Shown: in pieces, positions 18,915 through 28,469 of the stretch
How the letters are laid out: the number at the start of each line of letters is the position of its first letter
Numbering within the stretch: the first letter of the stretch is position 1
DNA from: Candidatus Omnitrophota bacterium
GTDB lineage: Bacteria; Omnitrophota; Gorgyraeia; Gygaellales; Profunditerraquicolaceae
Length of the DNA stretch: 64,000 nucleotides
NCBI GenBank assembly: GCA_041651115.1
Contig: JBAZJY010000002.1
Location: 414,855 to 478,854 of the forward strand
Direction of reading: 5' to 3'
Translations under genes and position numbers: made by a program
The notes under the pieces: model-generated
Told to the model about the DNA's origin: nothing
The model's input: only the letters and a program-made list of their open reading frames with translations
Database searches by the model: none

Positions 18915-19466
18915 ATGGGTTATGATATCGCCATAAATAAGTCGTGGGAAAGCCTGCTGGCGCTTAAACCAGCGGCCAGGCTTTCCGTAAAGCTGCTCGC
19001 CGATGAGTACGACATAGATATTGTCGGCAGGCGGGTGCTTTCGCTTTCCTGCAATGCTCCGGCAAAAGATTATACGGCAATATTGCTGTTGCATTATCTT
19101 GCTCAGAAAATAAAAGGATTGCCGCCCATTTCCGGGGAATGGCTGGATTTTAAAGAGCTTTCCGGAGTTGAGGGCTATCAGGATGCATTCCGTAAAAGGG
19201 TGATCGAACGGATAATCAGGAAATACGGCAGCCAGCCGGATTCTTTGTATTCTGTGCTTGAAAGGTTTCCCGGCAAAAAATCCGGCCAGGCAGATGTAAG
19301 CATCATTTTAGACGTATTCGAAGCTGTGCCTGCGCTGATCGAGCTATGGAAAGCAGATGAGGAATTCAGTCCCGAGGCAAATTTACTTTTTGACCGGAGT
19401 ATTACAAAGATATTCTGCACGGAAGATATTGTAGTCTTGGCGGAATTGATTGCTAATTATGTTTAG
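18915..19466 (+). CDS. Hypothetical protein (possibly DUF3786-like)
   Basis: 183-aa ORF; family assignment is from memory only and is weak. Confidence 0.4.
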   Translation: MGYDIAINKSWESLLALKPAARLSVKLLADEYDIDIVGRRVLSLSCNAPAKDYTAILLLHYLAQKIKGLPPISGEWLDFKELSGVEGYQDAFRKRVIERIIRKYGSQPDSLYSVLERFPGKKSGQADVSIILDVFEAVPALIELWKADEEFSPEANLLFDRSITKIFCTEDIVVLAELIANYV

Positions 19467-19543
19467 GGACGGTTCTGGGCCAAAGCGAAAAGTGTCCCTA
19501 AAAGCAGGGCATTTTTCCCTTTGTCCGCAGAACCGTCCCTAAT
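19465..19543. repeat. Family-B hairpin repeat, copy 2
   Basis: tagggacggttctgggccaaag ... ccgcagaaccgtcccta. It again starts in the stop codon (gtttag) of the upstream gene. Confidence 0.75.
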
Positions 19544-19553
19544 AAGGACTAAG

Positions 19554-20111
19554 ATGAAAAAGATAATCTTTGTTATTGCCTTATTATTGCTGCCGTTATC
19601 AGCGGTCCTTGCGGAAGATAGATTAGGTATGAGTTATGATTCCGATAAGGGGAAATTTGTTATTCCTTTTGGCAGCGCTTATGATTATTCCAATATCCTC
19701 GTTAAGCGGGTAGTAGACGGCGATACGCTGGTATTAGAGAACGGCGAGCGGGTGCGGTTGATCGGCATAGACACTCCGGAAATGCATGAATCCAATAAAT
19801 TATATAAAGACAGCCGTAAAAGCGGAGAAGACGTATCCACGATACAAAAATTAGGCAAGCAGGCCTATGAGTTTACTAGGGGCCTTGCGGAGGGTAAGCG
19901 CGTGAACCTTGAGTTTGACGTGGAGAGGCGCGATAGGTATGACCGGCTGCTTGCCTACGTATACCTAAAAGACGGTACGTTTGTGAATGCGGAGATCATA
20001 AAGCAGGGCTATGCTTCGCTGATGAGTATTCCGCCGAACATAAAATACGCCGACGTATTCCTTAAGCTTTACCGTGAGGCGCGGGATGACCGCCGGGGAT
20101 TGTGGGGCTGA
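19554..20111 (+). CDS. Secreted thermonuclease (staphylococcal-nuclease/SNase-like)
   Basis: Signal peptide MKKIIFVIALLLLPLSAVLA. SNase motifs VVDGDTLVL, RVRLIGIDTPE and YDRLLAYVY. Confidence 0.8.
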   Translation: MKKIIFVIALLLLPLSAVLAEDRLGMSYDSDKGKFVIPFGSAYDYSNILVKRVVDGDTLVLENGERVRLIGIDTPEMHESNKLYKDSRKSGEDVSTIQKLGKQAYEFTRGLAEGKRVNLEFDVERRDRYDRLLAYVYLKDGTFVNAEIIKQGYASLMSIPPNIKYADVFLKLYREARDDRRGLWG

Positions 20112-20135
20112 TAAGTTTATAATAGGAGGTAAAAA

Positions 20136-21176
20136 ATGTTGCGTTATCTGACAGCAGGTGAATCACACGGAAAAGCGCAGGTTACGATATTGGAAGGGAT
20201 GCCCGCGGGCTTAAGGCTTGACGGGGAAAAGATCAACCACGAGCTTAAGCGCCGGCAATCAGGGTTTGGCCGGGGCAAGCGCATGCAGATAGAAAATGAC
20301 CGCGCAGAGGTCATTTCCGGGGTTAAGGGAATGGTAACCTTAGGCAGCCCGATTACTCTCTGCATTAAAAATAAAGACGCCAGCATTGAAAAATTACACA
20401 AAGTGCTTTGTCCGCGGCCCGGGCATGCGGACTTAGCCGGGCTTTTAAAATATGGTTTCAGCGATATCCGAGAAGTTTTAGAGCGCGCTTCGGCAAGAAG
20501 CACGGCAGCAACTGTAGCTGTGGGCGCGCTATGCAAGGCGCTCCTTGATGAATTCAATATCAGGATCTCAAGCAGCGTATTATCCGTAGGCGGGGAAACG
20601 TCTATCGCAGCCGTGGCTAGAAAAATAAATGAGGCAATCGCTAAAAAAGATACCATCGGCGGGATCTTTGAAGTAAAGGCCAAGGGCGTAGTCGTGGGGT
20701 TAGGCAGTTATGCGCAAGCTGACCGTCGCCTTGACAGCCTCTTGGCAGCTGGGTTAATGGCTATTCCCGGAATCAAAGCAGTTGAGATTGGCCTGGGTTT
20801 GGGTTACGCAGAAAAATTCGGCTCCGAATGCCACGATGAGATCTATTATTCCAAAGTAAGGGGTTATTTCCGCGAAACAAACAATGCCGGCGGCATTGAA
20901 GGCGGCATTTCTAATGGCGAGGATATTATCCTGCGCTGCTGCATGAAACCGATATGCACCTTGATGGAGCCGCTGGCATCAGTGAATATCTCAACGAAAA
21001 ACTCCTCTAAAGCGGCAACCGAGCGCTCCGACACCTGCGTTGTGCAGGCTGCAGGGGTGGTTGGAGAAGCTGTTTGCGCCTATGTATTGGCAGCTGCGTT
21101 CCTGGAAAAGTTCGGTTCCGATTGTCTTTCCGACATAAAGCAAAATTACAAGGCCTTCCTAAAAAGAATCCGTTAG
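20136..21176 (+). CDS. aroC: Chorismate synthase
   Basis: MLRYLTAGESHGKAQVTILEGMPAGL, GRGKRM, and the AroC C-terminal pattern. Confidence 0.9.
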   Translation: MLRYLTAGESHGKAQVTILEGMPAGLRLDGEKINHELKRRQSGFGRGKRMQIENDRAEVISGVKGMVTLGSPITLCIKNKDASIEKLHKVLCPRPGHADLAGLLKYGFSDIREVLERASARSTAATVAVGALCKALLDEFNIRISSSVLSVGGETSIAAVARKINEAIAKKDTIGGIFEVKAKGVVVGLGSYAQADRRLDSLLAAGLMAIPGIKAVEIGLGLGYAEKFGSECHDEIYYSKVRGYFRETNNAGGIEGGISNGEDIILRCCMKPICTLMEPLASVNISTKNSSKAATERSDTCVVQAAGVVGEAVCAYVLAAAFLEKFGSDCLSDIKQNYKAFLKRIR

Positions 21177-21235
21177 ATAATATCGCCTCTTTCGTCTATT
21201 GAAGTGAGGGCATTAGACGAAGGGAGGTGATATCT

Positions 21236-21496
21236 ATGGATGAGAATTTGATCCAGATCAACCGGATCCACAGGTTTGACGGCGAATCCAAGCTTAAGGC
21301 GTTCGTGGACGTAACGCTGGCAGGTTTTTTGATCAAGGGCTTGCGTATAGTCGAAGGCAAGAATGGTTTGTTCCTGGGTATGCCTCGTCAGCAGGGCAAA
21401 GACGGCAAATGGTACAATTCCGTATCTACCGTAACCAAGGAAACGCATCAGGAATTGACCGATTTTATCCTGGCTGCCTATAAGGAACAGGAATGA
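21236..21496 (+). CDS. spoVG: SpoVG-family protein
   Basis: NGLFLGMPRQQGKDGKWY matches the SpoVG core. The RBS GGGAGG lies 8 nt upstream of the ATG at 21236. Confidence 0.75.
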   Translation: MDENLIQINRIHRFDGESKLKAFVDVTLAGFLIKGLRIVEGKNGLFLGMPRQQGKDGKWYNSVSTVTKETHQELTDFILAAYKEQE

Positions 21497-21502
21497 GACT
21501 AA

Positions 21503-21544
21503 AACCCCCGTTGTCCCGCATTGCGGGATAACGGGGGTTTCATT
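21503..21544 (+). terminator. Rho-independent terminator
   Basis: aaacccccgttgtcccgcattgcgggataacgggggtttcattt. Confidence 0.8.
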
Positions 21545-21572
21545 TGACAGCGTTTTAACCGTATGTTAGAAT
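21544..21572 (+). promoter_or_regulatory. Sigma70-like promoter (TTGACA-17-TAGAAT) for aroK-dprA-topA-xerC
   Basis: Read directly in the sequence; it lies 8 nt upstream of the aroK ATG. Confidence 0.5.
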
Positions 21573-21579
21573 TAGGGAT

Positions 21580-22074
21580 ATGAATAATATTTATCTCATC
21601 GGATTTATGGCTACCGGCAAAAGCATTGTAGGTAAGGAATTGGCCGGAAAATTAGGGCGAAAATTCGCAGATTTGGATGAATTGATCGAATTGAAAGAAA
21701 AGCGGTCGATCCCGGATATTTTTGCCCAAAATGGCGAACCTTATTTTCGCAAGGTTGAGAAAGCAACGCTCGCTCAAGCTGCGCAGGAAGACGAGCTTAT
21801 CTATGCCTGTGGCGGTGGCATTGTCATTGACGCGGAAAATATCGCGATAATGCGCCGGACCGGAAAAATAATTTGCCTGACCGCAGCTCCGGAAGTGATC
21901 TTAAGGAGGGTCGGTGATACTTCTCACCGGCCGCTCTTAAATGTCCCTGACCCAAGGAAACAGATTGAACTATTGCTTAAATTGCGGCAGCCTTTCTACG
22001 GCCAGGCAGATATGACCATTGACACTTCTAACCTTTCGGTGGAACAGGTAGTTGATAAAATATTAAAATGTTAA
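21580..22074 (+). CDS. aroK: Shikimate kinase
   Basis: IYLIGFMATGKS P-loop; 164 aa. Confidence 0.88.
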   Translation: MNNIYLIGFMATGKSIVGKELAGKLGRKFADLDELIELKEKRSIPDIFAQNGEPYFRKVEKATLAQAAQEDELIYACGGGIVIDAENIAIMRRTGKIICLTAAPEVILRRVGDTSHRPLLNVPDPRKQIELLLKLRQPFYGQADMTIDTSNLSVEQVVDKILKC

Positions 22075-23201
22075 GCCAAGAATTAATACACTGGTTACGT
22101 TTAGTCCTGACGCCCGAGATCGGCCCAAGGCGGGGGAAGAGCCTCTTGGAAAAGTTCAAAACCCCCAAGGCAATATCGGAAGCTTCTTTAGCAGATATTG
22201 CCGAGGTAGAAAATATCGGCAGGGAAGCTGCCAAAAAGATCATTGAGGGCAGGGAGAAGATAGATTTAGGCCGCCAGATTAAATTGATTGAAAAGAATAA
22301 TATCACGCTTATCCCGTTAGACAGCGAATCTTATCCTGTCAGCTTAAAAGCTACATTTGATCCGCCGTTAGTTTTATTCGTAAAGGGCGAACTCCTGCCG
22401 CAGGATTATTTTTCGATTGCTATCGTAGGCACGCGCCTGGCTTCTTTTTACGGCAGGGCCATGGCCGAGAAACTAAGCAGACAATTAGTTGAAAGAGGCT
22501 TTACGATTGTCAGCGGCGGAGCGCGCGGCATAGATACATTTAGCCACCAGGCTGCCTTAAAAGCAAAAGGCCGTACTTTGGCAGTATTGGGATGCGGTTT
22601 GGATATTGCTTATCCTCCGGAGAATAAAAAATTGTTTGGGCAAATCGCTGAAGAGGGGGCGATGGTCTCAGAATTTTCTTTATCTACGGAGCCGGACAAA
22701 GGAAATTTTCCTATGAGAAATAGAATTATCAGCGGTTTATCATTGGGAGTAGTGGTAATTGAAGCGCCGCACAAAAGCGGGGCCTTGATTACCGTTACTC
22801 ATGCTAATGAGCAGGGCCGCGAGGTCTTTAGCGTCCCCGGCAAAGCAGACAGTTTTATCAGCAAGGGCTCCAATCAGCTCTTGCGCGAAGGCGCAAAATT
22901 AGTGGAAGACGCGGACGACATAATTGAAGAACTTGAGCCGCTGTTAAAAAGCAAAGTAAAAGAATTTAAAGCCGGCCAGGCAGGGCCGCAACAGGAAAAA
23001 GAAGTTTTAACGCAGCCGCGGCTATCGACAGAAGAAGCCAGGTTATATGATTTATTTTCTTCCGGCCCGCTGGATTTAGATGGCATCCTTATTAAGAGCC
23101 GATTGTCCGTAAGCAGCGTCTCAAGCTTGCTTACGGCATTGGAATTAAAGAAACTGGTAAAACAGCTTCCGGGGAAGATATTTACGAAAGAGGCAAATTA
23201 A
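22068..23201 (+). CDS. dprA: DNA processing protein DprA (Smf)
   Basis: DprA Rossmann-like core (IVSGGARGIDTFSHQAAL); 377 aa, in smf-topA synteny. Confidence 0.85.
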   Translation: MLSQELIHWLRLVLTPEIGPRRGKSLLEKFKTPKAISEASLADIAEVENIGREAAKKIIEGREKIDLGRQIKLIEKNNITLIPLDSESYPVSLKATFDPPLVLFVKGELLPQDYFSIAIVGTRLASFYGRAMAEKLSRQLVERGFTIVSGGARGIDTFSHQAALKAKGRTLAVLGCGLDIAYPPENKKLFGQIAEEGAMVSEFSLSTEPDKGNFPMRNRIISGLSLGVVVIEAPHKSGALITVTHANEQGREVFSVPGKADSFISKGSNQLLREGAKLVEDADDIIEELEPLLKSKVKEFKAGQAGPQQEKEVLTQPRLSTEEARLYDLFSSGPLDLDGILIKSRLSVSSVSSLLTALELKKLVKQLPGKIFTKEAN

Positions 23202-23237
23202 ACGTAAGGCGCGATTTAGAAAAATACTGGAGAAAAA

Positions 23238-25217
23238 ATGAAAAAGAACCTGGTAATCGTGGAATCGCCGACAAAAGCAAAAACGATCAGCAAGATATTA
23301 GGCGCTGATTTTTCGGTAGTTTCTTCAATGGGGCATATCATTGACCTGCCCCAGAAAAAACTCGGCGTGGATATTGAAAAAGGCTTTGAGCCGGAGTATG
23401 ACGTGATTAAGGGCAGGCAAAAGGTCGTGGCCGCGCTGAAAAAAGAAGGCAAAGAAGCGGAAAATATTTATATGGCTACTGACCCTGACCGCGAAGGAGA
23501 GGCGATCGGCTGGCATATCAGAGACAGGATATTCAAGAAGAAAAAAGTAAAGCGGGTTGTCTTCCATGAAATAACTACTTCGGCAATCAAAGACGCATTT
23601 TCCAATCCCCGCGATTTTGACGCCAATATGGTGGAGGCGCAAGCCGGCCGCAGGATATTAGACAGGATCGTGGGTTATTTCTTAAGCCCGCTGCTTTGGA
23701 AAAAGATCGGCCGTGGCTTGAGCGCGGGAAGAGTGCAGTCCGTAGCCCTGAAACTGATCATTGACCGGGAGCGGCAGATCAGTAATTTTATCCCGCAGGA
23801 ATATTGGGAGATCGAGGCGGAATTAAAAAAGAGCAGCGGCAATTCGTTTATTGCTAAGCTTGATAAAATAGGCGAGAAAAAAGCCGAGTTAAAAGATAAA
23901 ACGGCTGCGGATACGGCAGTAGCCGATATTAAAAACAGGCAGTTCATTGTCGGCGAAGTAAAAAAGAAAGAGCGCAGGCGTTATCCTTACGCGCCGTTCA
24001 TCACCAGCACCCTGCAGCAGGAGGCTTTTAATAAGTTAAGGTTTAACGCGACCAAGACAATGATCGTCGCGCAACAGCTTTATGAAGGCATTGAGATCGG
24101 AGAAGCAGCGCCTGTCGGGTTGATCACTTATATGCGCACGGATTCTACGCACGTGGCGCCGGAAGCGATAAAAGGCGTGCGGGAATTTATCTCAAAACAG
24201 TTCGGGAAAAAATATCTGCCTGATGAGCCGAACGTTTACAAAGTGAAAAAACTGGCGCAAGAGGCGCACGAAGCGATCCGGCCGACTTCTATCGCGCACG
24301 CGCCGCGCGACGTGGAAAGTTTCCTTACGCATGAGCAATATAAATTATACGAGCTGATCTATAACCGTTTTATCTCAAGCCAGATGGCGCCCGCGGAATA
24401 CTTGATGACCAGCGTAGATATACTCGCGGGAGAGTATTTATTTACCGCATCCGGCTCAAGCCTTATTTTTGACGGCTTTACCGCCATTTACAACAAAGAA
24501 GAGAACGGCAACGGCTCCGAAGAAGAAGAAGAGAAAAAGAAAAACCCCATACCTGAGCTTCAAAAAGATGAACAGCTTCAACTGCTGGGTATTGAGCCTT
24601 CGCAGCATTTTACAAAACCGCCGCCGAGGTATTCCGACAGCTCGCTGGTAAAGGCGCTGGAAGAAGACGGCATTGGCCGGCCTTCCACTTACGCGCCGAT
24701 TATCCACACTTTGACGCTGCGCGATTATGTGCGCAGGATCAAGGGCTATTTTTATGCCACTGAATTAGGCTTCAAGGTATGCGACCTACTGGTGGAATAT
24801 TTCCCCAAGATCATGGACGTTAATTTTACCGCGACCATGGAAGAGGAATTAGATGAGATCGAAGAGGGCAGGCTTGATAAGATCAAGGTCCTGAATGATT
24901 TTTATTCGCCGTTTAAAACCACCGTTGATTTTGCCCAGACTAACATTAAGAAAGAAGTAATTACCACCGATGAGATCTGCGAAAAATGCGGCAAGCCGAT
25001 GATCATCAAATGGGGCAGGAAGGGAAAATTTTTGAGCTGTTCGGCGTATCCTGAATGCAAGAGCTCCAAGTCTATCACCACAAAAGTCAAGTGCCCGCAG
25101 GAGGGCTGCGGAGGCGAGCTGATCGAACGCCGTTCAAAGCGCGGGTTCTTTTACGGCTGCACGAATTATCCTAAATGCACGTTTACGGCAAAGAATTTGC
25201 CGGAAGAGAAATCTTAA
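23238..25217 (+). CDS. topA: DNA topoisomerase I
   Basis: TOPRIM N-terminus (LVIVESPTKAKTI), active-site Tyr region (YMRTDS) and C-terminal Zn ribbons (C-x2-C...C-x4-C). Confidence 0.92.
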   Translation: MKKNLVIVESPTKAKTISKILGADFSVVSSMGHIIDLPQKKLGVDIEKGFEPEYDVIKGRQKVVAALKKEGKEAENIYMATDPDREGEAIGWHIRDRIFKKKKVKRVVFHEITTSAIKDAFSNPRDFDANMVEAQAGRRILDRIVGYFLSPLLWKKIGRGLSAGRVQSVALKLIIDRERQISNFIPQEYWEIEAELKKSSGNSFIAKLDKIGEKKAELKDKTAADTAVADIKNRQFIVGEVKKKERRRYPYAPFITSTLQQEAFNKLRFNATKTMIVAQQLYEGIEIGEAAPVGLITYMRTDSTHVAPEAIKGVREFISKQFGKKYLPDEPNVYKVKKLAQEAHEAIRPTSIAHAPRDVESFLTHEQYKLYELIYNRFISSQMAPAEYLMTSVDILAGEYLFTASGSSLIFDGFTAIYNKEENGNGSEEEEEKKKNPIPELQKDEQLQLLGIEPSQHFTKPPPRYSDSSLVKALEEDGIGRPSTYAPIIHTLTLRDYVRRIKGYFYATELGFKVCDLLVEYFPKIMDVNFTATMEEELDEIEEGRLDKIKVLNDFYSPFKTTVDFAQTNIKKEVITTDEICEKCGKPMIIKWGRKGKFLSCSAYPECKSSKSITTKVKCPQEGCGGELIERRSKRGFFYGCTNYPKCTFTAKNLPEEKS

Positions 25218-25227
25218 AACCCGATAA

Positions 25228-26097
25228 ATGGAACGCTATATAGAAAAATTCATCCGTTATCTGCAGATCGAAAGGAATTATTCTGCTCATACGGTATTAA
25301 ACTACCACCATGACCTGGAGGATTTCCGGGCGTTCCTCGCGGATAAGAATATTGAGGATATTGATTACCTTTTTTTACGGAAGTACCTTGCGCTGCTCAA
25401 AGAGAAGAATATCTCGGCGCGCTCGGTCAGCCGCAGGCTTTCCGCCATGAGGTCATTTTTCAAGTTTCTCGCCCGCGAAGGCCTGCTTAAGGCAAATCCG
25501 ATCTCTATCGTTTCCAGCCCTAAGCAGGAAAAGCGGCTGCCGATATTTCTTACCGAGGAAGAAGTAAAGAAATTGATCGATGCCGTCATTCCCAAAGCGG
25601 AAACAGACGAGGCGGCATTGCGGGACAAGGCGATCCTGGAAACTTTTTACTCAACCGGCATGCGTATTTCCGAGCTTGTTGGTTTAAGTATGCCCGATAT
25701 CGATTTTATCAGCGGGATAATAAAAGTGATGGGCAAAGGGAAAAAAGAGCGGATCGTGCCGATCGGAGAACACGCGATCAAAGCGATCCGGCGGTATTTG
25801 CAAAAGCGCTCTACCGAGTCCGGCGCCCTGTTCCTTAACAAAAATAAACGCCGCATCACCGACAGAGGCGTAAGGAATATAGTCGCCAAATATATCCGGC
25901 TGGCAAGCCTGCGCCAGGGCGTTTCCCCGCATACGTTACGGCATTCATTCGCAACGCATTTATTGAACCGCGGCGCTGACCTCAGGAGCGTGCAGGAATT
26001 ACTGGGCCATGCCAATCTTTCCACGACACAGGTCTATACTCACCTTACCACCGAACGGTTAAAGAGTGTTTACGATAAGGCGCACCCAAGGGCATAA
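25228..26097 (+). CDS. Tyrosine recombinase XerC/XerD family
   Basis: R..HxxR..Y catalytic pattern (HTLRHSFATHLL, LGHANLSTTQVYTH). Confidence 0.88.
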   Translation: MERYIEKFIRYLQIERNYSAHTVLNYHHDLEDFRAFLADKNIEDIDYLFLRKYLALLKEKNISARSVSRRLSAMRSFFKFLAREGLLKANPISIVSSPKQEKRLPIFLTEEEVKKLIDAVIPKAETDEAALRDKAILETFYSTGMRISELVGLSMPDIDFISGIIKVMGKGKKERIVPIGEHAIKAIRRYLQKRSTESGALFLNKNKRRITDRGVRNIVAKYIRLASLRQGVSPHTLRHSFATHLLNRGADLRSVQELLGHANLSTTQVYTHLTTERLKSVYDKAHPRA

Positions 26098-26133
26098 AAA
26101 AGGCAAAAATTAAAACTTAAAAGGCAAAAGTAT

Positions 26134-27417
26134 ATGTTTTTGTTGTACGACTTGATATTTCTGATCATTGCGGTTGTTTTTCTGCCGGCTTATTTATTTA
26201 AGGGTAAATTCCACAAAGGCTTTTTAAGCCGATTGGGATTTTTACCTGCTAATCTGGCGCTGAAGCAGCCGATCTGGGTACATGCGGTCAGCGTTGGAGA
26301 GGCAATGGCGGTAAAGGGGTTGATTGATGCCTTGAGAAAGAAATTTCCCGGAAGGCAGTTGGTGATCTCAAGCGTGACGCCTACGGGCAACAAAGTCATC
26401 AGGGATTTTGCCGTAGAGAATGATTTTGTAACCTACCTGCCGCTGGACTTTAGCTTTATCACCGAAAAGGTGGTGAAAGAGATCTATCCTTCGCTGGTTA
26501 TTATCGCGGAAACCGAGCTCTGGCCGAATTTTATCTTGAGCTTATCCAAAAGAGGGATACCAGTCTTAGTCGTTAATGCCAGGATTTCAGATAAGTCGTT
26601 GCGCGGTTACCTTTGGATCAGGCAAATTTTCAAGCCTATCCTCAATAAAGTGGATCTATTCTGCGCGCAGTCAAGCCGCGACGCGGAAAGGCTCCGGGCC
26701 ATTGGCGTTGCGAAAGAAAAGGTCCGCGTAACGGGAAATATGAAATTTGACGCGATGGATCCTGCTGTCTGTCCTCCGGATGCAGCAGCCGCGGATGCAG
26801 GGTTTAAGCAGGGAATTGGGCTGGCGCCTGAAGCAAAACTCTTAGTTGCCGGATCAACGCATCCCGGGGAAGAAGAGATCGTATTGGGCGCCTATCGCAG
26901 CCTTTCTGCCAAATTTACTTCCTTAAGGCTTGTGCTTGCTCCGCGGCATCCGCACAGGTCTGCCGAGATAATAAAGCTCGTGGTTAAATACGGATTTAAC
27001 CCTTTTCGGGTCAGCCAGCTTAGCGCAAGCAGCAGGCTGCCCGCTGAAAAAGCGGTACTTATCCTGGATGTTGTGGGCAGGCTAAAACCTTTTTACGCTG
27101 CTTCCGATATAGTTTTTGTCGGAGGCAGCCTGATTAAAAAAGGCGGGCATAATATTATTGAGCCGGCTTGTTTTGCCAAGTCGATAATCTGCGGCCCGCA
27201 TATGTTCAATTTTCGCGATATCGCTGACCTTTTTGCCGGAAGCAGGGCGTTTATTATCGTAAAAAGCGGTCAGGAATTAGAAAAGGCAGCGGCTGACCTG
27301 CTGGATAATCCTTCTTCGGCAGCTGAATTAGGAAAAAGAGCCAGGGAATTGGTCGCGCAAAATCAGGGGGCAACGCTGAAAAACCTGGAATGCGCAAGAG
27401 AGCTCCTTAAATGCTGA
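26134..27417 (+). CDS. waaA: 3-deoxy-D-manno-octulosonic acid (Kdo) transferase
   Basis: WaaA N-terminal pattern (PIWVHAVSVGE) and a GT-B C-domain. Confidence 0.85.
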   Translation: MFLLYDLIFLIIAVVFLPAYLFKGKFHKGFLSRLGFLPANLALKQPIWVHAVSVGEAMAVKGLIDALRKKFPGRQLVISSVTPTGNKVIRDFAVENDFVTYLPLDFSFITEKVVKEIYPSLVIIAETELWPNFILSLSKRGIPVLVVNARISDKSLRGYLWIRQIFKPILNKVDLFCAQSSRDAERLRAIGVAKEKVRVTGNMKFDAMDPAVCPPDAAAADAGFKQGIGLAPEAKLLVAGSTHPGEEEIVLGAYRSLSAKFTSLRLVLAPRHPHRSAEIIKLVVKYGFNPFRVSQLSASSRLPAEKAVLILDVVGRLKPFYAASDIVFVGGSLIKKGGHNIIEPACFAKSIICGPHMFNFRDIADLFAGSRAFIIVKSGQELEKAAADLLDNPSSAAELGKRARELVAQNQGATLKNLECARELLKC

Positions 27418-28469
27418 ATTATATTTATAACCTAGCTACCGATAAAGATAACGGCTTACTCGCGTCATTGATAAAAATTTTCTTATATGCGCTTTCCCTC
27501 GCCTATGGCATGATCATCAGGCTGTTGATATTTTTTTATGCTCTCCGGCCTTATCAGGCGGGATGTAAAGTGATTAGCGTGGGGAATATCACTTTAGGCG
27601 GCACAGGTAAAACGCCGCTTGTTGAATATCTCGCAGCCAGGCTTAAAGGGCGCGGCCGTAAGATAGCCGTAGTTACCAGGGGTTATCTTAGCCAGGATGA
27701 GCCGCAGATGCTGGAGGCGAATTTAAGCAATGTACCGGTAATCGTAGATGCTGACAGGCGTAGGGGGATTAAGCGCGGCATAGCTGAATACGGGGTTGAT
27801 ACGGTGGTCCTGGATGACGGGTTCCAGCAATGGCGCATAAAAAAAGACCTGGATATAGTGGTGATAGATTCGCAGAATCCGTTCGGCAACCGGCAGATGA
27901 TTCCGCGCGGCATACTTCGCCAGCCGTTGTCATCGTTAAAGTCAGCGCAGGTTTTTGTCCTGACAAAAACAGACTTGGCCCCGCAGATAGACCGGCTTAA
28001 AGATTTTTTACGGGGCATTAACCCCGGGGCAGTCATTACCGAATCCCGGCACGCAGCGCTGGGATTTTACGAGCTTGGGAAAAAAGAACTCCTGGCCGCC
28101 GCAGCCGTGTTCAAGGAAAAACCCGTTGCTTTACTTTCCGGGATCGGCGATCCGGATTATTTTGCACATTCGGTAAAGGGCACGGGAATTAAAATCGGGC
28201 TGGCTTTTGAATTCCCCGATCATTACGCTTACAGCAGCCAGGATCTGGATAAAATAATAACGGCCTGCGGCGTTGAAGGCTTAGATGCCATCGTTACTAC
28301 CGAGAAAGACGCGGTGAAGCTCCGCAAATTACAAATTACAAATTCCGCCGCAGGCGGACCAGCCTACGGCTGGCACAAATTACAAATTTTTGTGTTACGC
28401 AGTGAATTACAAATTACAAAAAATGAACAAGGACTTCTGGAAAGATTATTTAAGTTGTACGGCGCTTAA
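27411..28469 (+). CDS. lpxK: Tetraacyldisaccharide 4'-kinase
   Basis: ISVGNITLGGTGKTP P-loop and TTEKDAVKL. The 3' end carries ACAAATT heptamer repeats and overlaps the next gene. Confidence 0.85.
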   Translation: MLNYIYNLATDKDNGLLASLIKIFLYALSLAYGMIIRLLIFFYALRPYQAGCKVISVGNITLGGTGKTPLVEYLAARLKGRGRKIAVVTRGYLSQDEPQMLEANLSNVPVIVDADRRRGIKRGIAEYGVDTVVLDDGFQQWRIKKDLDIVVIDSQNPFGNRQMIPRGILRQPLSSLKSAQVFVLTKTDLAPQIDRLKDFLRGINPGAVITESRHAALGFYELGKKELLAAAAVFKEKPVALLSGIGDPDYFAHSVKGTGIKIGLAFEFPDHYAYSSQDLDKIITACGVEGLDAIVTTEKDAVKLRKLQITNSAAGGPAYGWHKLQIFVLRSELQITKNEQGLLERLFKLYGA

